Assembly: GCA_965261005.1 (NCBI GenBank)
Contig: OZ253375.1
Span: 736,001 to 800,000 of the forward strand
DNA from: Deinococcus sp.
GTDB taxonomy: Bacteria > Deinococcota > Deinococci > Deinococcales > Deinococcaceae
DNA length: 64,000 nt
Reading direction: 5' to 3'
Shown here in pieces: positions 24,238 through 37,500 of this stretch. A program made the position numbers and the translations under genes. Below the pieces are notes generated by a model, which saw only the letters and a list, made by a program, of their open reading frames with translations, was not told the origin of the DNA and made no database searches. Numbering within the stretch: position 1 is the stretch's first letter; each line of letters begins with the position of its first letter.

Positions 24238-24682
24238 TCCACACAAAGGCCGTCAGCGCCGCCAGCACGCCGAGAAGCGCGCCCACCGCCACCTCCAGGT
24301 AGGTGTGGCCCAGCAAGACCCGCAGCGGCTTGGGCGCGAAGCCCTCGCGGACCACGTCGCGCAGCTCGGTCAGCAGCTCGTTGAGAACGCGGGCCTGCTG
24401 GCCGCTGGAGTGGCGCACGCCGGTCGCGTCGTAGATCACGATCAGCGAGAAGACCACCGCCACGGCGAACAGGGGGGCGCCCACCCCCTCGGTCAGGCCG
24501 ACGCCAGTGGACAGGGCGACCACCATGGCGGTGTGGCTCGACGGCATGCCGCCGGTCTCCACGAACTTGTCGGGTTCCCAACGGCCCGTAAAGGCGAGAA
24601 TGAGCAGCACCTTGATGACCTGCGCGCTCAGGCTCGCGAGCACGGCAGTCCACAGCCAACGGTTATTGAGGAGTTCAAGCAC
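24230..24682 (-). CDS. Divergent PAP2 (DUF212) family membrane protein
   Basis: AQVIK, GGMPSSH, VIYDATGVR, LLGHT..EV. Confidence 0.92.
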   Translation of the reverse strand: MLELLNNRWLWTAVLASLSAQVIKVLLILAFTGRWEPDKFVETGGMPSSHTAMVVALSTGVGLTEGVGAPLFAVAVVFSLIVIYDATGVRHSSGQQARVLNELLTELRDVVREGFAPKPLRVLLGHTYLEVAVGALLGVLAALTAFVWIR

Positions 24683-24694
24683 GGGCGTCCCAGT

Positions 24695-25567
24695 CTAGCG
24701 GTATCCGCCGCTGGGCTGAGCCTGGAAAGCGCGCTCCGCCGCCGTCACGGTGTTGGCCAGCAGCTGCGCCACCGTCATGGGGCCGACGCCGCCGGGCACC
24801 GGCGTGAGGGCGCCCGCCACCCCCGCCACCTCCGGGTGAACGTCGCCGGAGAGGCGCGGCTTATCGAACTCCTGAAGCCGGTTGATCCCCACGTCAATCA
24901 CCGTTGCGCCGGAACGGACCATCGCCGGGGTGATGGCGTGCGCCCGGCCCACGGCCACGCACAGCAGCTCAGCCTCGCGGGTGACGGCGGCCAAGTCGGG
25001 CGTGCGCGAGTGGGCCACCGTCACGGTCGCGTCGGCGCGCAGCAGCAAGGCGGCCAGCGGCTTGCCGACGATGTTGCTGCGGCCGACGATCACGGCGCGC
25101 CTGCCGGCAAGGGACACGTCGTAGTACGCCAGCAATTTCATCACCCCCTGCGGCGTGCAGGGGGGCAGCGCCTCGCCCCCCGTCCACAGCCCGCCCACGT
25201 TGAGGGGATGAAAGCCGTCCACGTCCTTGGCGGGGTCAATCGCCGAGATAACCCGCGCGGCGCTCACCTGCGCCGGCAGCGGCAGCTGCACCAGAATGCC
25301 GCTCACGGCGGGGGCGCGGTTCAGGCGCGCAATCAGGGCCAGCAGCTCGCCTTCCGGGGTGGCCGCGTCCAGCGCGTGTACGGTCGAGCCGAGGCCGATC
25401 TCGCGCGCCCGCCTCGCCTTGAGGTTCACGTAGCTGACCGAGGCCGGGTCGTCGCCGAGGCGGATCACGTGCAGGTGGGGAACCTGCGGCAAGCGCACCA
25501 AACGGGCGGCGGCGTCCTCCAGCACGGCCGCCGCCGCCGGCGCGCCGAAGAGAAGGCGGGCGCTCAA
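24695..25567 (-). CDS. folD: Methylene-THF dehydrogenase/cyclohydrolase
   Basis: GILVQLPLP, KDVDG, PCTP, GRSNIVGKP, PVPGGVGPMT. Confidence 0.96.
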   Translation of the reverse strand: MSARLLFGAPAAAAVLEDAAARLVRLPQVPHLHVIRLGDDPASVSYVNLKARRAREIGLGSTVHALDAATPEGELLALIARLNRAPAVSGILVQLPLPAQVSAARVISAIDPAKDVDGFHPLNVGGLWTGGEALPPCTPQGVMKLLAYYDVSLAGRRAVIVGRSNIVGKPLAALLLRADATVTVAHSRTPDLAAVTREAELLCVAVGRAHAITPAMVRSGATVIDVGINRLQEFDKPRLSGDVHPEVAGVAGALTPVPGGVGPMTVAQLLANTVTAAERAFQAQPSGGYR

Positions 25568-26049
25568 GCTTCCGGCTCCTCCACAAGTTCTGGCTCTCGC
25601 GTGGGTTCTGGCCCGCGCGTGCGCCCGAAGCTGCCCAGCACGCCGTTCACGAACTTGCCCGACTCCTCACCGCCGTACTTGCGCGCGAGGCGCACAGCCG
25701 ACTCGATCACGACCGGGGCCGGCTGGTCGCCGTGCAGCAGCTCGTACACCGCGAGGCGCAGCACGTTGAGGTCGGTCTGGGCCATCTGCGCGAAGCTCCA
25801 GCCCCGAATGGTCCCGCGCAACGCGCCGTCCACCTCCTCGCGCCCCGCCTCGTAGCCGAGGACCAGCGAGCGGGCGAAGTCGCGCGCCTCGCCGGCGAGA
25901 GAAACCTCGCCCTCCGCCTCCACCCGCGTCAGCGTCTCCGCAATTGGCGTCCCGCCCTGCGCCGCCTCGAACAGCACCCGAAAGGCGAGGTCGCGCGCCG
26001 CGCGGCGGCTGGACTGCGGCGCCTGGGCCTGTTCACGGCGGCGCGTCAT
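25564..26049 (-). CDS. nusB: Transcription antitermination factor NusB
   Basis: RRAARDLAFRVLFE, DLNVLRLAVYEL, FVNGVLG; asp23-nusB-folD synteny. Confidence 0.93.
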   Translation of the reverse strand: MTRRREQAQAPQSSRRAARDLAFRVLFEAAQGGTPIAETLTRVEAEGEVSLAGEARDFARSLVLGYEAGREEVDGALRGTIRGWSFAQMAQTDLNVLRLAVYELLHGDQPAPVVIESAVRLARKYGGEESGKFVNGVLGSFGRTRGPEPTREPELVEEPEA

Positions 26050-26086
26050 CGCCTTCCCCAAGTTAAGCCCCGAGTCAAACCCCAGG

Positions 26087-26419
26087 TCAAGCGCTGCCCC
26101 TGGGCAAGTTCAACCCCTGCACGGTGACGTTTACGGCGCGCACCCTCAGGCCGGTCATGCTCTCCACGTTCTCGGTGACGGCCTGTTGGGCGCGCTGGGA
26201 CAGACCCAGCAAATTCTTGCCGTACTCGACGTTCACGCCCACGTCGAAGGTCACGCCCTCCCCCTCGCGGCTCACCTTGAGCGCCCGCGGGCGCCGGGCG
26301 GTGCGGCCCAGCACCTCGCCCACCTTGATGGGGGCGGCGGCGATCTCCAGCCCCTCGATGCCCGACAAGGCCGTGCTGGCGATGTCGTACAGCACGTTTT
26401 TGGCAATGTCCACTTCCAT
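26087..26419 (-). CDS. Asp23/Gls24 family protein
   Basis: VNVEYG, Q.AV.ENVESMTGLRVRAVNVTV. Confidence 0.9.
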   Translation of the reverse strand: MEVDIAKNVLYDIASTALSGIEGLEIAAAPIKVGEVLGRTARRPRALKVSREGEGVTFDVGVNVEYGKNLLGLSQRAQQAVTENVESMTGLRVRAVNVTVQGLNLPRGSA

Positions 26420-26456
26420 AGCTTCTCTCCCCTATCCCAGCATCCATGGCCCGGCG

Positions 26457-28595
<2,139 letters not shown>

Positions 28596-28661
28596 TTAAA
28601 ACGTTGTTGTATATTTCTTTATGAACGGTGGAACAACGCCGCTTCCCTGGAGGAAACGACC

Positions 28662-29786
<1,125 letters not shown>

Positions 29787-29802
29787 GCGAAGGGTTGAGT
29801 TG

Positions 29803-29832
29803 AAGCGCCCCCGGAATATCGGGGGCGCTTTT
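29803..29832 (+). terminator. Rho-independent terminator
   Basis: AAGCGCCCCC ... GGGGGCGCTT followed by TT. Confidence 0.75.
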
Positions 29833-29886
29833 GAAGTTGCCCTTGACCCTGCTCAAGCACGTCACTAGGATGTGGAGGCTGACTTC

Positions 29887-29961
<75 letters not shown>

Positions 29962-30141
29962 GAAAAAGCGGGTGCAGGATGTAAGGGAGGCTGTTGCTCT
30001 GTGTCCTTCCTCACTGCTCATTGTTTAACCATTCCTATTCCAGCTGCAACCCATGTGACGGCAGACGTGAATAGCCCACCGAGGTGACCCCCGGCGCCCA
30101 CGACATTCACCTGACAAGAGGTCCATTACTCTGGAGATCAC

Positions 30142-30897
30142 ATGTCTCCCCTGCTCAGCGTCAAGAACGTCAACATCTACTACAACGACAAGCGCGCCGT
30201 ACACGACGTCAGCATGGACATCGAGCGCGGCACCGTCAACGCCCTGATCGGCCCCAGCGGCTGCGGCAAGACCACCTTTTTGCGGGCGCTGGACCGCATG
30301 CACGACCTGACGCCGGGGGCGCGCGTCGAGGGTCAGATTCTGCTGGACGGCGAGGACATCTACGGCGATGTGGACCCCGTGACCATTCGCCGCCGGGTCG
30401 GCATGGTCTTTCAAAAGCCCAATCCCTTTCCCACCATGACGGTGTTCGACAATGTGGTCAGCGGCCTCAAGCTGGCCGGCACACGCGACCGCCGCACCTT
30501 ACTGGAGGTGGCCGAGCGCAGCTTGCGCCAAGCCGCGTTGTGGGACGAGGTGAAGGACCGGCTGAACACCCCGGCCACCGGCCTCTCGGGCGGACAGCAG
30601 CAACGCCTGTGTATTGCGCGCGCGCTCGCCGTGGAACCGGAAGTCCTGCTGATGGACGAGCCGACCAGCGCCCTCGATCCGCAAAGCACCGCCCGCATCG
30701 AGGACTTGATGGGCGACCTCAAAAAGGCCGTGACCATCGTGATCGTGACCCACAACATGCAGCAGGCGGCGCGCGTCAGCGACACCACCAGCTTCTTTCT
30801 GAACGGCGACATGATCGAGCGCGGCCTGACCGACCAAGTATTCACCAGCCCCAAGGACGAGCGCACCGAGGCCTACGTGACCGGCCGCTTCGGTTGA
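30142..30897 (+). CDS. pstB: Phosphate ABC transporter ATP-binding protein
   Basis: [35 protein letters not shown]-terminal YVTGRFG. Confidence 0.96.
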   Translation: MSPLLSVKNVNIYYNDKRAVHDVSMDIERGTVNALIGPSGCGKTTFLRALDRMHDLTPGARVEGQILLDGEDIYGDVDPVTIRRRVGMVFQKPNPFPTMTVFDNVVSGLKLAGTRDRRTLLEVAERSLRQAALWDEVKDRLNTPATGLSGGQQQRLCIARALAVEPEVLLMDEPTSALDPQSTARIEDLMGDLKKAVTIVIVTHNMQQAARVSDTTSFFLNGDMIERGLTDQVFTSPKDERTEAYVTGRFG

Positions 30898-30996
30898 AGA
30901 ATTTTTCAACATCTTAAAACTCTCTTCACCACAACGTGCCGGCGGCTGACGTTCTCCTGAAGAACTGGCGCCACACTGATGTGAAACAGGTTCTTT

Positions 30997-31656
30997 ATGC
31001 GCGACGCCCTCACCTCCAGCATTCACGACCTCTCCAACGGCTTTCTGCGCATGCAGAGCGTCGCCTTGGAGCAGCTCGCCCACCTGCGCGAGGCGCTGCT
31101 GACAGGAGACTTTCGCGGACTGACCGGGGCCACCGCCGAGCTTGAGCAGGAACTCGACCGCTTGGAACGCGAGTTGGAAACGGCCTGCCTGACCGGCATC
31201 GCGCGCTACCAACCGGTTGCCAGCGATCTGCGCTTTTACATGACCGTGTTCAAAAGCCTGGCCGACTTGGAACGGGTGGGCGATTACGGCCGGCAGACCG
31301 GGCGCGACCTGGAGGAATTGGCGGGCAGCCTGCGCAGCAGCTCCCTTCAGGACGTGCTGCCCCTGGTCACGCGACTCGCGGAAATGGTCGAGCGACTCGC
31401 GTTCGCCTTCGCAGAGCGCGACCTGGGCGCCGCCCGCGAGGTGACCAGCCTCGACGACGACGTGGACGCCTTTTACGGGCAGCTTCAGCGCGCCAGCCTG
31501 ACCCGTATTCTGGAGGACCCGCGCGATTTGCACGTCTCGCTGCGAATCAGCCGCCTCGCGCGCAGCTTGGAGCGCCTCGGCGACCACGTGGTCAATGTGG
31601 CCGAGCGGCTGGAAGCGTGGCTCATTCATAGACCCCAGCCGGCCACAATAGAGTAG
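30997..31656 (+). CDS. phoU: Phosphate signalling protein PhoU
   Basis: ARYQPVASDLR, DLERVGDY, DDDVD, LERLGDH..NVAE. Confidence 0.94.
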   Translation: MRDALTSSIHDLSNGFLRMQSVALEQLAHLREALLTGDFRGLTGATAELEQELDRLERELETACLTGIARYQPVASDLRFYMTVFKSLADLERVGDYGRQTGRDLEELAGSLRSSSLQDVLPLVTRLAEMVERLAFAFAERDLGAAREVTSLDDDVDAFYGQLQRASLTRILEDPRDLHVSLRISRLARSLERLGDHVVNVAERLEAWLIHRPQPATIE

Positions 31657-31680
31657 ACCCCTATGTCGCACAGATGGCGC

Positions 31681-31744
31681 TTGACAGCGTTGAGGGAAAA
31701 TTGTATAAGTTGTGAAAATTATACTTAGGGCGTCTCGGTATACT
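31681..31744 (+). promoter_or_regulatory. Sigma70-like promoter region with inverted repeat
   Basis: TTGACA-17 nt-TATAAG, two further TATACT hexamers and a GTATAA-N10-TTATAC inverted repeat in an AT-rich patch. Confidence 0.6.
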
Positions 31745-31769
31745 TCGTTCATTTCAACAAGGCCTCTCG

Positions 31770-31868
31770 ATGGATCAGTTCATGAACGGCGCCGCCGGCA
31801 CCGTCTCGGGGAACACCGCTGCGGCCACCGAGCCGGTTCTCGACACCTCACACCCCTTCAAGTTCTAA
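31770..31868 (+). CDS. Possible 32-aa small protein (or part of an sRNA)
   Basis: MDQFMNGAAGTVSGNTAAATEPVLDTSHPFKF*, mostly G/C-ending codons, between a promoter and a terminator-like hairpin. Confidence 0.35.
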   Translation: MDQFMNGAAGTVSGNTAAATEPVLDTSHPFKF

Positions 31869-31897
31869 TTCGAGTCCTGAGAGCAGCACATGGAGCG

Positions 31898-31929
31898 GGG
31901 CGGCCGGGAATGATTTCCGGCCGCCCTTT
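31898..31929 (+). terminator. Terminator-like hairpin
   Basis: GGGCGGCCGGGAA-TGAT-TTCCGGCCGCCC followed by TTT. Confidence 0.65.
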
Positions 31930-31960
31930 ACCGCTGCCCTTTGCCATTAGACTGTTCCGC

Positions 31961-32551
31961 GTGACCAGAGCCGCGACCGTCCAGCGCCACACCACGGAGA
32001 CACGGGTCGAGGTCAGCCTCGACCTCGACACACCCTCGACCGACCAAGCGTTGCGGACGGGGCACGGCTTTTTCGACCACATGCTGGAACAACTGCGGCG
32101 CCATGGCAGACTGGGACTTGGGATAGTCGCCGAGGGCGATCTGCACGTCGAGGTGCATCACCTCGCCGAGGACGTGGGCATCACGCTAGGACAGGCCATC
32201 TCCGGGGCGCTGGGAAACCGCGCCGGCATCGAGCGCTACGGCAGCGCCTTCGTGCCGATGGACGAGACGCTGGCGCAGGTGGTGCTCGACCTTTCCGGCC
32301 GCGCCCACTTGGCCTACTCGCCCGAGCAGCTGGACGTGTGGGGCGACGCCGGGGGCTTCACGCACTACCATCTGCGCGAGTTTCTGCGCGGCTTTTGCAA
32401 CCACGCGGGGGCCACCCTGCACGTGCGGCTTTTGGCCGGCCGCGAGGCCCATCACGTGATCGAGGCGGTCTTCAAGGCCTTTGCACGCGCGCTGCGCGAC
32501 GCCGTCCGCGTGAGCGGCGGGGACGTGCCCAGCACCAAGGGGACTTTATGA
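31961..32551 (+). CDS. hisB: Imidazoleglycerol-phosphate dehydratase
   Basis: TGHGFFDHML, GDLHVEVHHLAED, VPMDE, HHVIEAVFKA, PSTKG; GTG start 7 nt after TAGACT. Confidence 0.95.
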   Translation: MTRAATVQRHTTETRVEVSLDLDTPSTDQALRTGHGFFDHMLEQLRRHGRLGLGIVAEGDLHVEVHHLAEDVGITLGQAISGALGNRAGIERYGSAFVPMDETLAQVVLDLSGRAHLAYSPEQLDVWGDAGGFTHYHLREFLRGFCNHAGATLHVRLLAGREAHHVIEAVFKAFARALRDAVRVSGGDVPSTKGTL

Positions 32552-33171
32552 GCCGCACCCTGCTGATCGACTACGGCGCCGGCAACGTCCGCAGCGTACA
32601 CAAGGCTTTGCTGCGCGCCGGGCTGGACGTGGAGGTGTCCGGGGACCCAAGCCGGGTGGACGGGGCCGCCGCCCTGGTGGTGCCGGGTCAGGGGCACTTC
32701 CGGCAGGTCCTGGAAGCCTTTCGGGCGTCGGGCTTCGAGGAACCGCTGCGGGGGGCCGTGGCGGCCGGCGTACCGCTGCTGGGCATCTGCGTGGGCATGC
32801 AGATGCTGTACGAAGGGTCCGAGGAGGCGCCGGACACGCCGGGCCTGGGCCTGTTCGCGGGCACGGTGCGCCGCTTCGCCGGGAACGGCCTAAGCGTGCC
32901 GCAGATGGGCTGGAACTCGATTGACCGGGTGGGCGACTCCCCCATTTTGCGGGACGTGGCCTGCCCCGCCTACGTCTACTTCGCCAACTCCTACTACGTG
33001 CCCCTGGACGCCGAGGCGGACGACGGCGCCATCGCCGAGTACGGGGCGCCGTACTGGGCCGCCGTGTCGCGCGGCCACGTCCACGCCACCCAGTTCCACC
33101 CCGAAAAGAGCGGGCCGGTGGGCCTGAACATTCTGGAAGGGTTTCGGCGACACGTGGTGGGGGCGGAATAA
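32548..33171 (+). CDS. hisH: Imidazole glycerol phosphate synthase glutaminase subunit
   Basis: IDYGAGNVRSV, PGQG, LGICVGMQ, PQMGWN, QFHPEKS. Confidence 0.95.
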   Translation: MSRTLLIDYGAGNVRSVHKALLRAGLDVEVSGDPSRVDGAAALVVPGQGHFRQVLEAFRASGFEEPLRGAVAAGVPLLGICVGMQMLYEGSEEAPDTPGLGLFAGTVRRFAGNGLSVPQMGWNSIDRVGDSPILRDVACPAYVYFANSYYVPLDAEADDGAIAEYGAPYWAAVSRGHVHATQFHPEKSGPVGLNILEGFRRHVVGAE

Positions 33172-33216
33172 AAGGCCAGCTTCAAAATTCTAGTCACGGA
33201 CGTCTATACTGTGACC

Positions 33217-33465
33217 ATGAGTGTGCAAAAAGTGTACGAAGTCAAGATGACGGACCAGGGCCGCATCGTCGTGCCCCAGAAGTTACGGCGTGAGCTGAAC
33301 CTCGACACGAGCGCGGCGTTCGTGATGTACCGGGACGGCGACCGCGTCGTTCTGGAGCGCCGTGGAGAGGCCCGTGCCCGGCTCGCCAACCTGGCCGCGA
33401 AGTTGCCCGGAACAGACGCCTTTCTCGCCGAGCGCCGCGCCGAGGCGAGACGCGAGCAGGAGTGA
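33217..33465 (+). CDS. AbrB/MazE-type antitoxin (VapB-like)
   Basis: VKMTDQGRIVVPQKLRRELNL; GTGA overlap with the PIN gene; GTCAC/GTGAC inverted repeat flanks its TATACT -10 box. Confidence 0.88.
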   Translation: MSVQKVYEVKMTDQGRIVVPQKLRRELNLDTSAAFVMYRDGDRVVLERRGEARARLANLAAKLPGTDAFLAERRAEARREQE

Positions 33466-33848
33466 GCGTCGTGCTCGACGCCAGCGCCGTGATCGCCTGG
33501 CTCAAAGAGGAGGTAGGCGGCGAGCGGGTGGAGGCTGTCCTAAAACGTGGAGACGCCATTATTTCGAGCGTCAACCTGGCCGAGGTGCTGGCCCGCTTTA
33601 GCGATTTTGGCGCCGAGCCGGAAGGTGTCGCGCGTGACTTGGAGATCGAGGGCCTCAACATCGAGCCGTTTGGTTCGCAGGACGCCGCCTTGAGCGCTGC
33701 ATTGCGCGCCCGCACCCGCAGCGCCGGCCTTTCCCTGGGCGACCGGGCTTGCCTGGCACTGGCCCAACGGCTCGGCGCGCCGGCCCTGACCGCTGACCGC
33801 GCTTGGAGCGCGTTGAATGTCGGCGTTCAGGTGGAGTTGCTGCGGTAG
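33462..33848 (+). CDS. VapC-family PIN toxin
   Basis: VLDASAVIA, SVNLAEV, GLSLGDRACLALA, LTADRAW. Confidence 0.92.
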   Translation: MSVVLDASAVIAWLKEEVGGERVEAVLKRGDAIISSVNLAEVLARFSDFGAEPEGVARDLEIEGLNIEPFGSQDAALSAALRARTRSAGLSLGDRACLALAQRLGAPALTADRAWSALNVGVQVELLR

Positions 33849-33866
33849 TCTCGGGTTGAACGCGGG

Positions 33867-35492
33867 CTACACCCGCACCAAGTAGGCCGACTCGATCAGG
33901 TCCAAGGCGCGAATCTCTTCGAGCTGCTCGCCCGTCAGGGCGTCGTCGAGGGTCAGGGTAAACAGGGCCTCGCCGCCCTTTTCGGCGCGGCCGAGGGACA
34001 TGCCGGCGATGTTGACGCCCCAGCGGCCCAGCAAGCTCGACAGCTGGGCCACCGCCCCCGGCCGGTCCTGGTTGGATAGGATCAGGATGTATCCCTCCGG
34101 CTCGACCTCCACCCGGAAGTGGCGCAAGCGGGTCAGGCGCGGCAGCTTGCCGAAGACCGTGCCGCCCACCGTGCGGGTGCGGCCCGCTTGGGAAGCGATC
34201 AAGAGGATTTCGCTTTGGTACGGCCCGGCCGCCTCGCGCTCGCGGGTGGAGACCCGCAGGCCGCGCTCGCGCGCGAGGGCGCGGGCGTTGATCAGATTGG
34301 GAAGTTCGTCGGTCACGCCGCTCAGGTAGCCGATCAGGGCGCTGGTGACCACGCTGGTTGTGAGCGGCGCGGCGTCCCCCGGCAGCGGACCGCGAAACTC
34401 CACCTCCAATTCCGAGGCGCCCGGCAGCAGTTGGCCCACGATCTTGCCCAGCTTCCCCGCCAGGTCCAGGTGCGGCCCCAGCAGCTCGCGCGTTCCTGCG
34501 TCCAGCGCCGGGGCGTTCACGGCGCCCCTGGACACGTCGCCTCGCAGGGCGGCCAACACGCGGTCCACGATCTCGGCGCCGACCCGTTCCTGGGCCTCGC
34601 GGGTGTTGGCGCCGAGGTGGGCGGTGATGGAGAGGTTGGGCGCCTTGAGAAGGGGGTGGTCCGGCGCGGGCGGCTCCTCCACGAACACGTCGAGGCCCGC
34701 CGCGAACAGGTGGCCGCTGCTGAGCGCCTGCGCCAGCGCCGCCTCCTCCACGATGCCGCCGCGCGCCGCGTTCACCACGATGGCGCCGGGGCGCAGCAGG
34801 GCCAACTCGCGCGCGCCGATCATGCCGAGCGTCTCGTCGGTCAGGGGGGTGTGGACCGTCACGGCGTCCACCTGAGCGAGCAGATCGTCCAGCGTCGCCG
34901 CGCGCCGCACATCCAGCCGGGTAAAATTCCCCTCGGCGATGTAGGGATCAAAGGCGACCACGTTCATTCTGAGGCCCTGCGCCCGCGCCGCCACGATGGA
35001 GCCGATGCGGCCCAGGCCCACAATGCCGAGGGTCTTGTCCTTGAGTTCCAGGCCCAAGAACTTGCGGTCCCACCTGCCCGCGCGGGTCAGGGCGTCGCTG
35101 CGCGTGAGGCCGCGGGCCGCCGCCATCAGGTGCGCCACCGCCAGCTCGGCCGCCGAGACGTTGTTGGACTCGGGCGCGTTCAGAATCAGCACGCCGCGCC
35201 GCGAGGCCGCCTCAAGGTCGATGTTGTCCACGCCCACCCCGCCGCGCCCGACCACCCGCAACGCCGGCCCGGCAGAGAGCAGCTCGGCGTCCACCTTGGT
35301 GCGCGACCGCGTGATCAGGGCGTCGTACTCTCCCAAGCGGGCCAGCACTTCTTCGCGCGGCATGTTGGGCACGTAGTCGATGGCGAAGCCGGCGTGGTCG
35401 AGGTCGCCGAGGGTCATCTCGTCGCAGATCAGGACGCGAAAGGGCGCGGGCGGGGCTTGGGGGTTGACGTCGGCTTGGGTCGCGGCGCTCAT
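33867..35492 (-). CDS. serA: D-3-phosphoglycerate dehydrogenase
   Basis: GVGVDNID, GLGRIG, VNAARGG, HLGANT.EAQ, C-terminal ACT domain (NQDRPG). Confidence 0.95.
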   Translation of the reverse strand: MSAATQADVNPQAPPAPFRVLICDEMTLGDLDHAGFAIDYVPNMPREEVLARLGEYDALITRSRTKVDAELLSAGPALRVVGRGGVGVDNIDLEAASRRGVLILNAPESNNVSAAELAVAHLMAAARGLTRSDALTRAGRWDRKFLGLELKDKTLGIVGLGRIGSIVAARAQGLRMNVVAFDPYIAEGNFTRLDVRRAATLDDLLAQVDAVTVHTPLTDETLGMIGARELALLRPGAIVVNAARGGIVEEAALAQALSSGHLFAAGLDVFVEEPPAPDHPLLKAPNLSITAHLGANTREAQERVGAEIVDRVLAALRGDVSRGAVNAPALDAGTRELLGPHLDLAGKLGKIVGQLLPGASELEVEFRGPLPGDAAPLTTSVVTSALIGYLSGVTDELPNLINARALARERGLRVSTREREAAGPYQSEILLIASQAGRTRTVGGTVFGKLPRLTRLRHFRVEVEPEGYILILSNQDRPGAVAQLSSLLGRWGVNIAGMSLGRAEKGGEALFTLTLDDALTGEQLEEIRALDLIESAYLVRV

Positions 35493-35535
35493 GGGGCCAT
35501 TTAACCCCATTTGTGGGGAAAAGCCACCCAGAGGG

Positions 35536-36132
35536 TTAGGCAAATCCGGCCCGGACCTTCAGCGCGCCCCTCAGCAGCCGGGCATACTCGCGCTCTCCCA
35601 CCTGGTAGGTCCCGAAGCGCGCCAAGTGGGGATTCTGGATTTGCGCGTCGAACAGGACGAAGCCGCGCGCCCGCAGATGGTCCACCAATTTCACCAGCGC
35701 CACCTTGCTGGCGTCGGTAACCGCGTGAAACATGCTCTCGCCGACGAAAGCGCCGCCCAGGGTCAGGCCCAGCACCCCGCCGGCGAGCTGCCCGTCCTGC
35801 CACGTCTCAAAGCTGTGGGCGTGGCCGGCCGCGTGCAGCGCCAAGTAGATGGCGCGCAGCTCGGGACTGATCCAAGTCTCTTGGCGCGCCGCGCAACCGT
35901 CCACCACGCCCGCAAAATTGGCGTTCCGTCGCAGCTCGAACTTCGGGTAGGCCCGCGAAAGAGACTTCGGCGCGTGAAAGCGTTCGTCCAGCGGCACCAA
36001 GGCGCGCACCCGCGAGGTGTACCAGCCCAGGCCGCGCCCGTTGTCCATCAAAAAGGCGCCGGCCGCGTAGCCCGCCAGGATCTCAGGAAGCAGCATCTCG
36101 GGAACCGGAAGCTCGGGCACGCCGGACTTCAC
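35536..36132 (-). CDS. aat: Leucyl/phenylalanyl-tRNA--protein transferase
   Basis: TWIS, GHAHSFE, GESMFH..TDASKVAL, DAQ..NPHL; start uncertain. Confidence 0.92.
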   Translation of the reverse strand: MKSGVPELPVPEMLLPEILAGYAAGAFLMDNGRGLGWYTSRVRALVPLDERFHAPKSLSRAYPKFELRRNANFAGVVDGCAARQETWISPELRAIYLALHAAGHAHSFETWQDGQLAGGVLGLTLGGAFVGESMFHAVTDASKVALVKLVDHLRARGFVLFDAQIQNPHLARFGTYQVGEREYARLLRGALKVRAGFA

Positions 36133-37154
36133 GGCAGCAGCTTGTTATAGAACTCTTTCGGGTCCACCGCCTCGCCGCGCAGGCGCAGCTCCAGGTGAAG
36201 GTGCGGCCCGTTCGACAGGCCGGTGGTGCCCACCAAGCCGATCTTCTGGCCGCGCGTCACCTTGTCGCCCGCCTTCACCAGCAGTTTGGATTGGTGCATG
36301 TACAGGCTGACCACGCCCGCGCCGTGGTCGATCATGACCAGGCCGCCGCGCACGGGATACTGGCCGGCGACCACCACCGTGCCGTCGTTGACGGCCAGCA
36401 CCGGCGTGCCGACCGCAAAGGGGTAGTCGATGCCGTAGTGGTACGCGAGCGGCTCCCCCGAGGTGTAGTGGCGGGTCTGTCCAAAGGCGGTCGAGATCAC
36501 CCTCACCCCGCTGACGCCCAGAAAGGGACGGGTCCAAGCCTGGGCGGTGCGGCGGGCGTAGGCGCGCTCGACCAGGGCCTCCTCCTGGGCGCGCGCCGGG
36601 GCCTGGCGCTTGCCCGCGATGGCGGGGGGAAGATTCAGGTTCTGCACCGGCAGCTTGAGGCCCACCACGGGGACGCTGCCCCGCAGCACCTCGTCCCCGA
36701 CGCGCACCTCGTAGGTCAGCGGCCTCTTTTGGCCCAGCACCACCCGGCCCAGCACCACGTAGCTGTCCGCCGCGCCGAAGGGCGCCAAGTCCTCGGCGGG
36801 GGAGCGCACGTCCTCGCCCGTCTCGGACAGAAAGCGCACGCGCGCCAAGGCCGCCCCCACGCCGCTCAGGCGCAGGCTGAAGGCGTCTCCCTCGCGCAGC
36901 AAGCTCGGCAGCTGCACGCGCACGCCGCCCACCTCCTGGGCGCGCGCCTCGCTGGGCAGGGTGAGCGTCTGGCCCACCGCCAGGTCGCTGCCGGCAAGGT
37001 TATTGAGCTTGATCAGGTCGGCCACCGTCACGCCCTCCTTTTGGGCGAGGCCGTAAAGCGTGTCGCCGGGCTGCACGGTGTAGGCGAGCGCCGGACGGAG
37101 GGGTGCGGCGAGCAGGGCGAGCGACAGGCAGAAAAGGCGGGCGCGGCGCGTCAT
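36129..37154 (-). CDS. LysM + M23 metallopeptidase (peptidoglycan endopeptidase)
   Basis: Signal peptide, YTVQPGDTLYGLA (LysM), HYGID, YMHQ, TGLSNGPHLH. Confidence 0.92.
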   Translation of the reverse strand: MTRRARLFCLSLALLAAPLRPALAYTVQPGDTLYGLAQKEGVTVADLIKLNNLAGSDLAVGQTLTLPSEARAQEVGGVRVQLPSLLREGDAFSLRLSGVGAALARVRFLSETGEDVRSPAEDLAPFGAADSYVVLGRVVLGQKRPLTYEVRVGDEVLRGSVPVVGLKLPVQNLNLPPAIAGKRQAPARAQEEALVERAYARRTAQAWTRPFLGVSGVRVISTAFGQTRHYTSGEPLAYHYGIDYPFAVGTPVLAVNDGTVVVAGQYPVRGGLVMIDHGAGVVSLYMHQSKLLVKAGDKVTRGQKIGLVGTTGLSNGPHLHLELRLRGEAVDPKEFYNKLLP

Positions 37155-37278
37155 GAGCCTGAGTGTAGCTTAGGTGTACAGCTTGGGTTCCCAGGCTCCG
37201 AATTCTCAGGCTGACGAGCTGACGTCGGGCCAGGAGAGGGGTGCCGCCGGGAAGAAGCTCAAAAGCTATACTCCTCCC

Positions 37279-37500
37279 ATGACCTCCTCTTCCCTCTCCG
37301 ACCGTCAGGCCCGGCGGCGCGACGTGCAGCGCGCCGTGGACAAGGCCGTGGAGCAGCAGCGAACCGCCACGCTGATCGCCGTCGTTCTCGGGATCGTCGC
37401 CGGGGTGGCGACCGCGACCGGCGTCGCGGTGTGGGTCTTGGGCCGCGCCCGCCGCCCCGTGCTGATCACCGACGACCCGGAAGCGCCGCTGTTCGTGTGA
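37279..37500 (+). CDS. Small single-TM hypothetical protein
   Basis: ATG 6 nt after TATACT; one hydrophobic helix; TGATG overlap with the SDR gene. Confidence 0.7.
   Translation: MTSSSLSDRQARRRDVQRAVDKAVEQQRTATLIAVVLGIVAGVATATGVAVWVLGRARRPVLITDDPEAPLFV

Noticed and set aside
29962..30141. tRNA-Val as an island integration site; Pho box upstream of pstB
   Set aside because: No integrase or duplicated tRNA 3' end seen; the GTGA(C/A) motifs at 30055, 30067 and 30084 are not 11-bp phased
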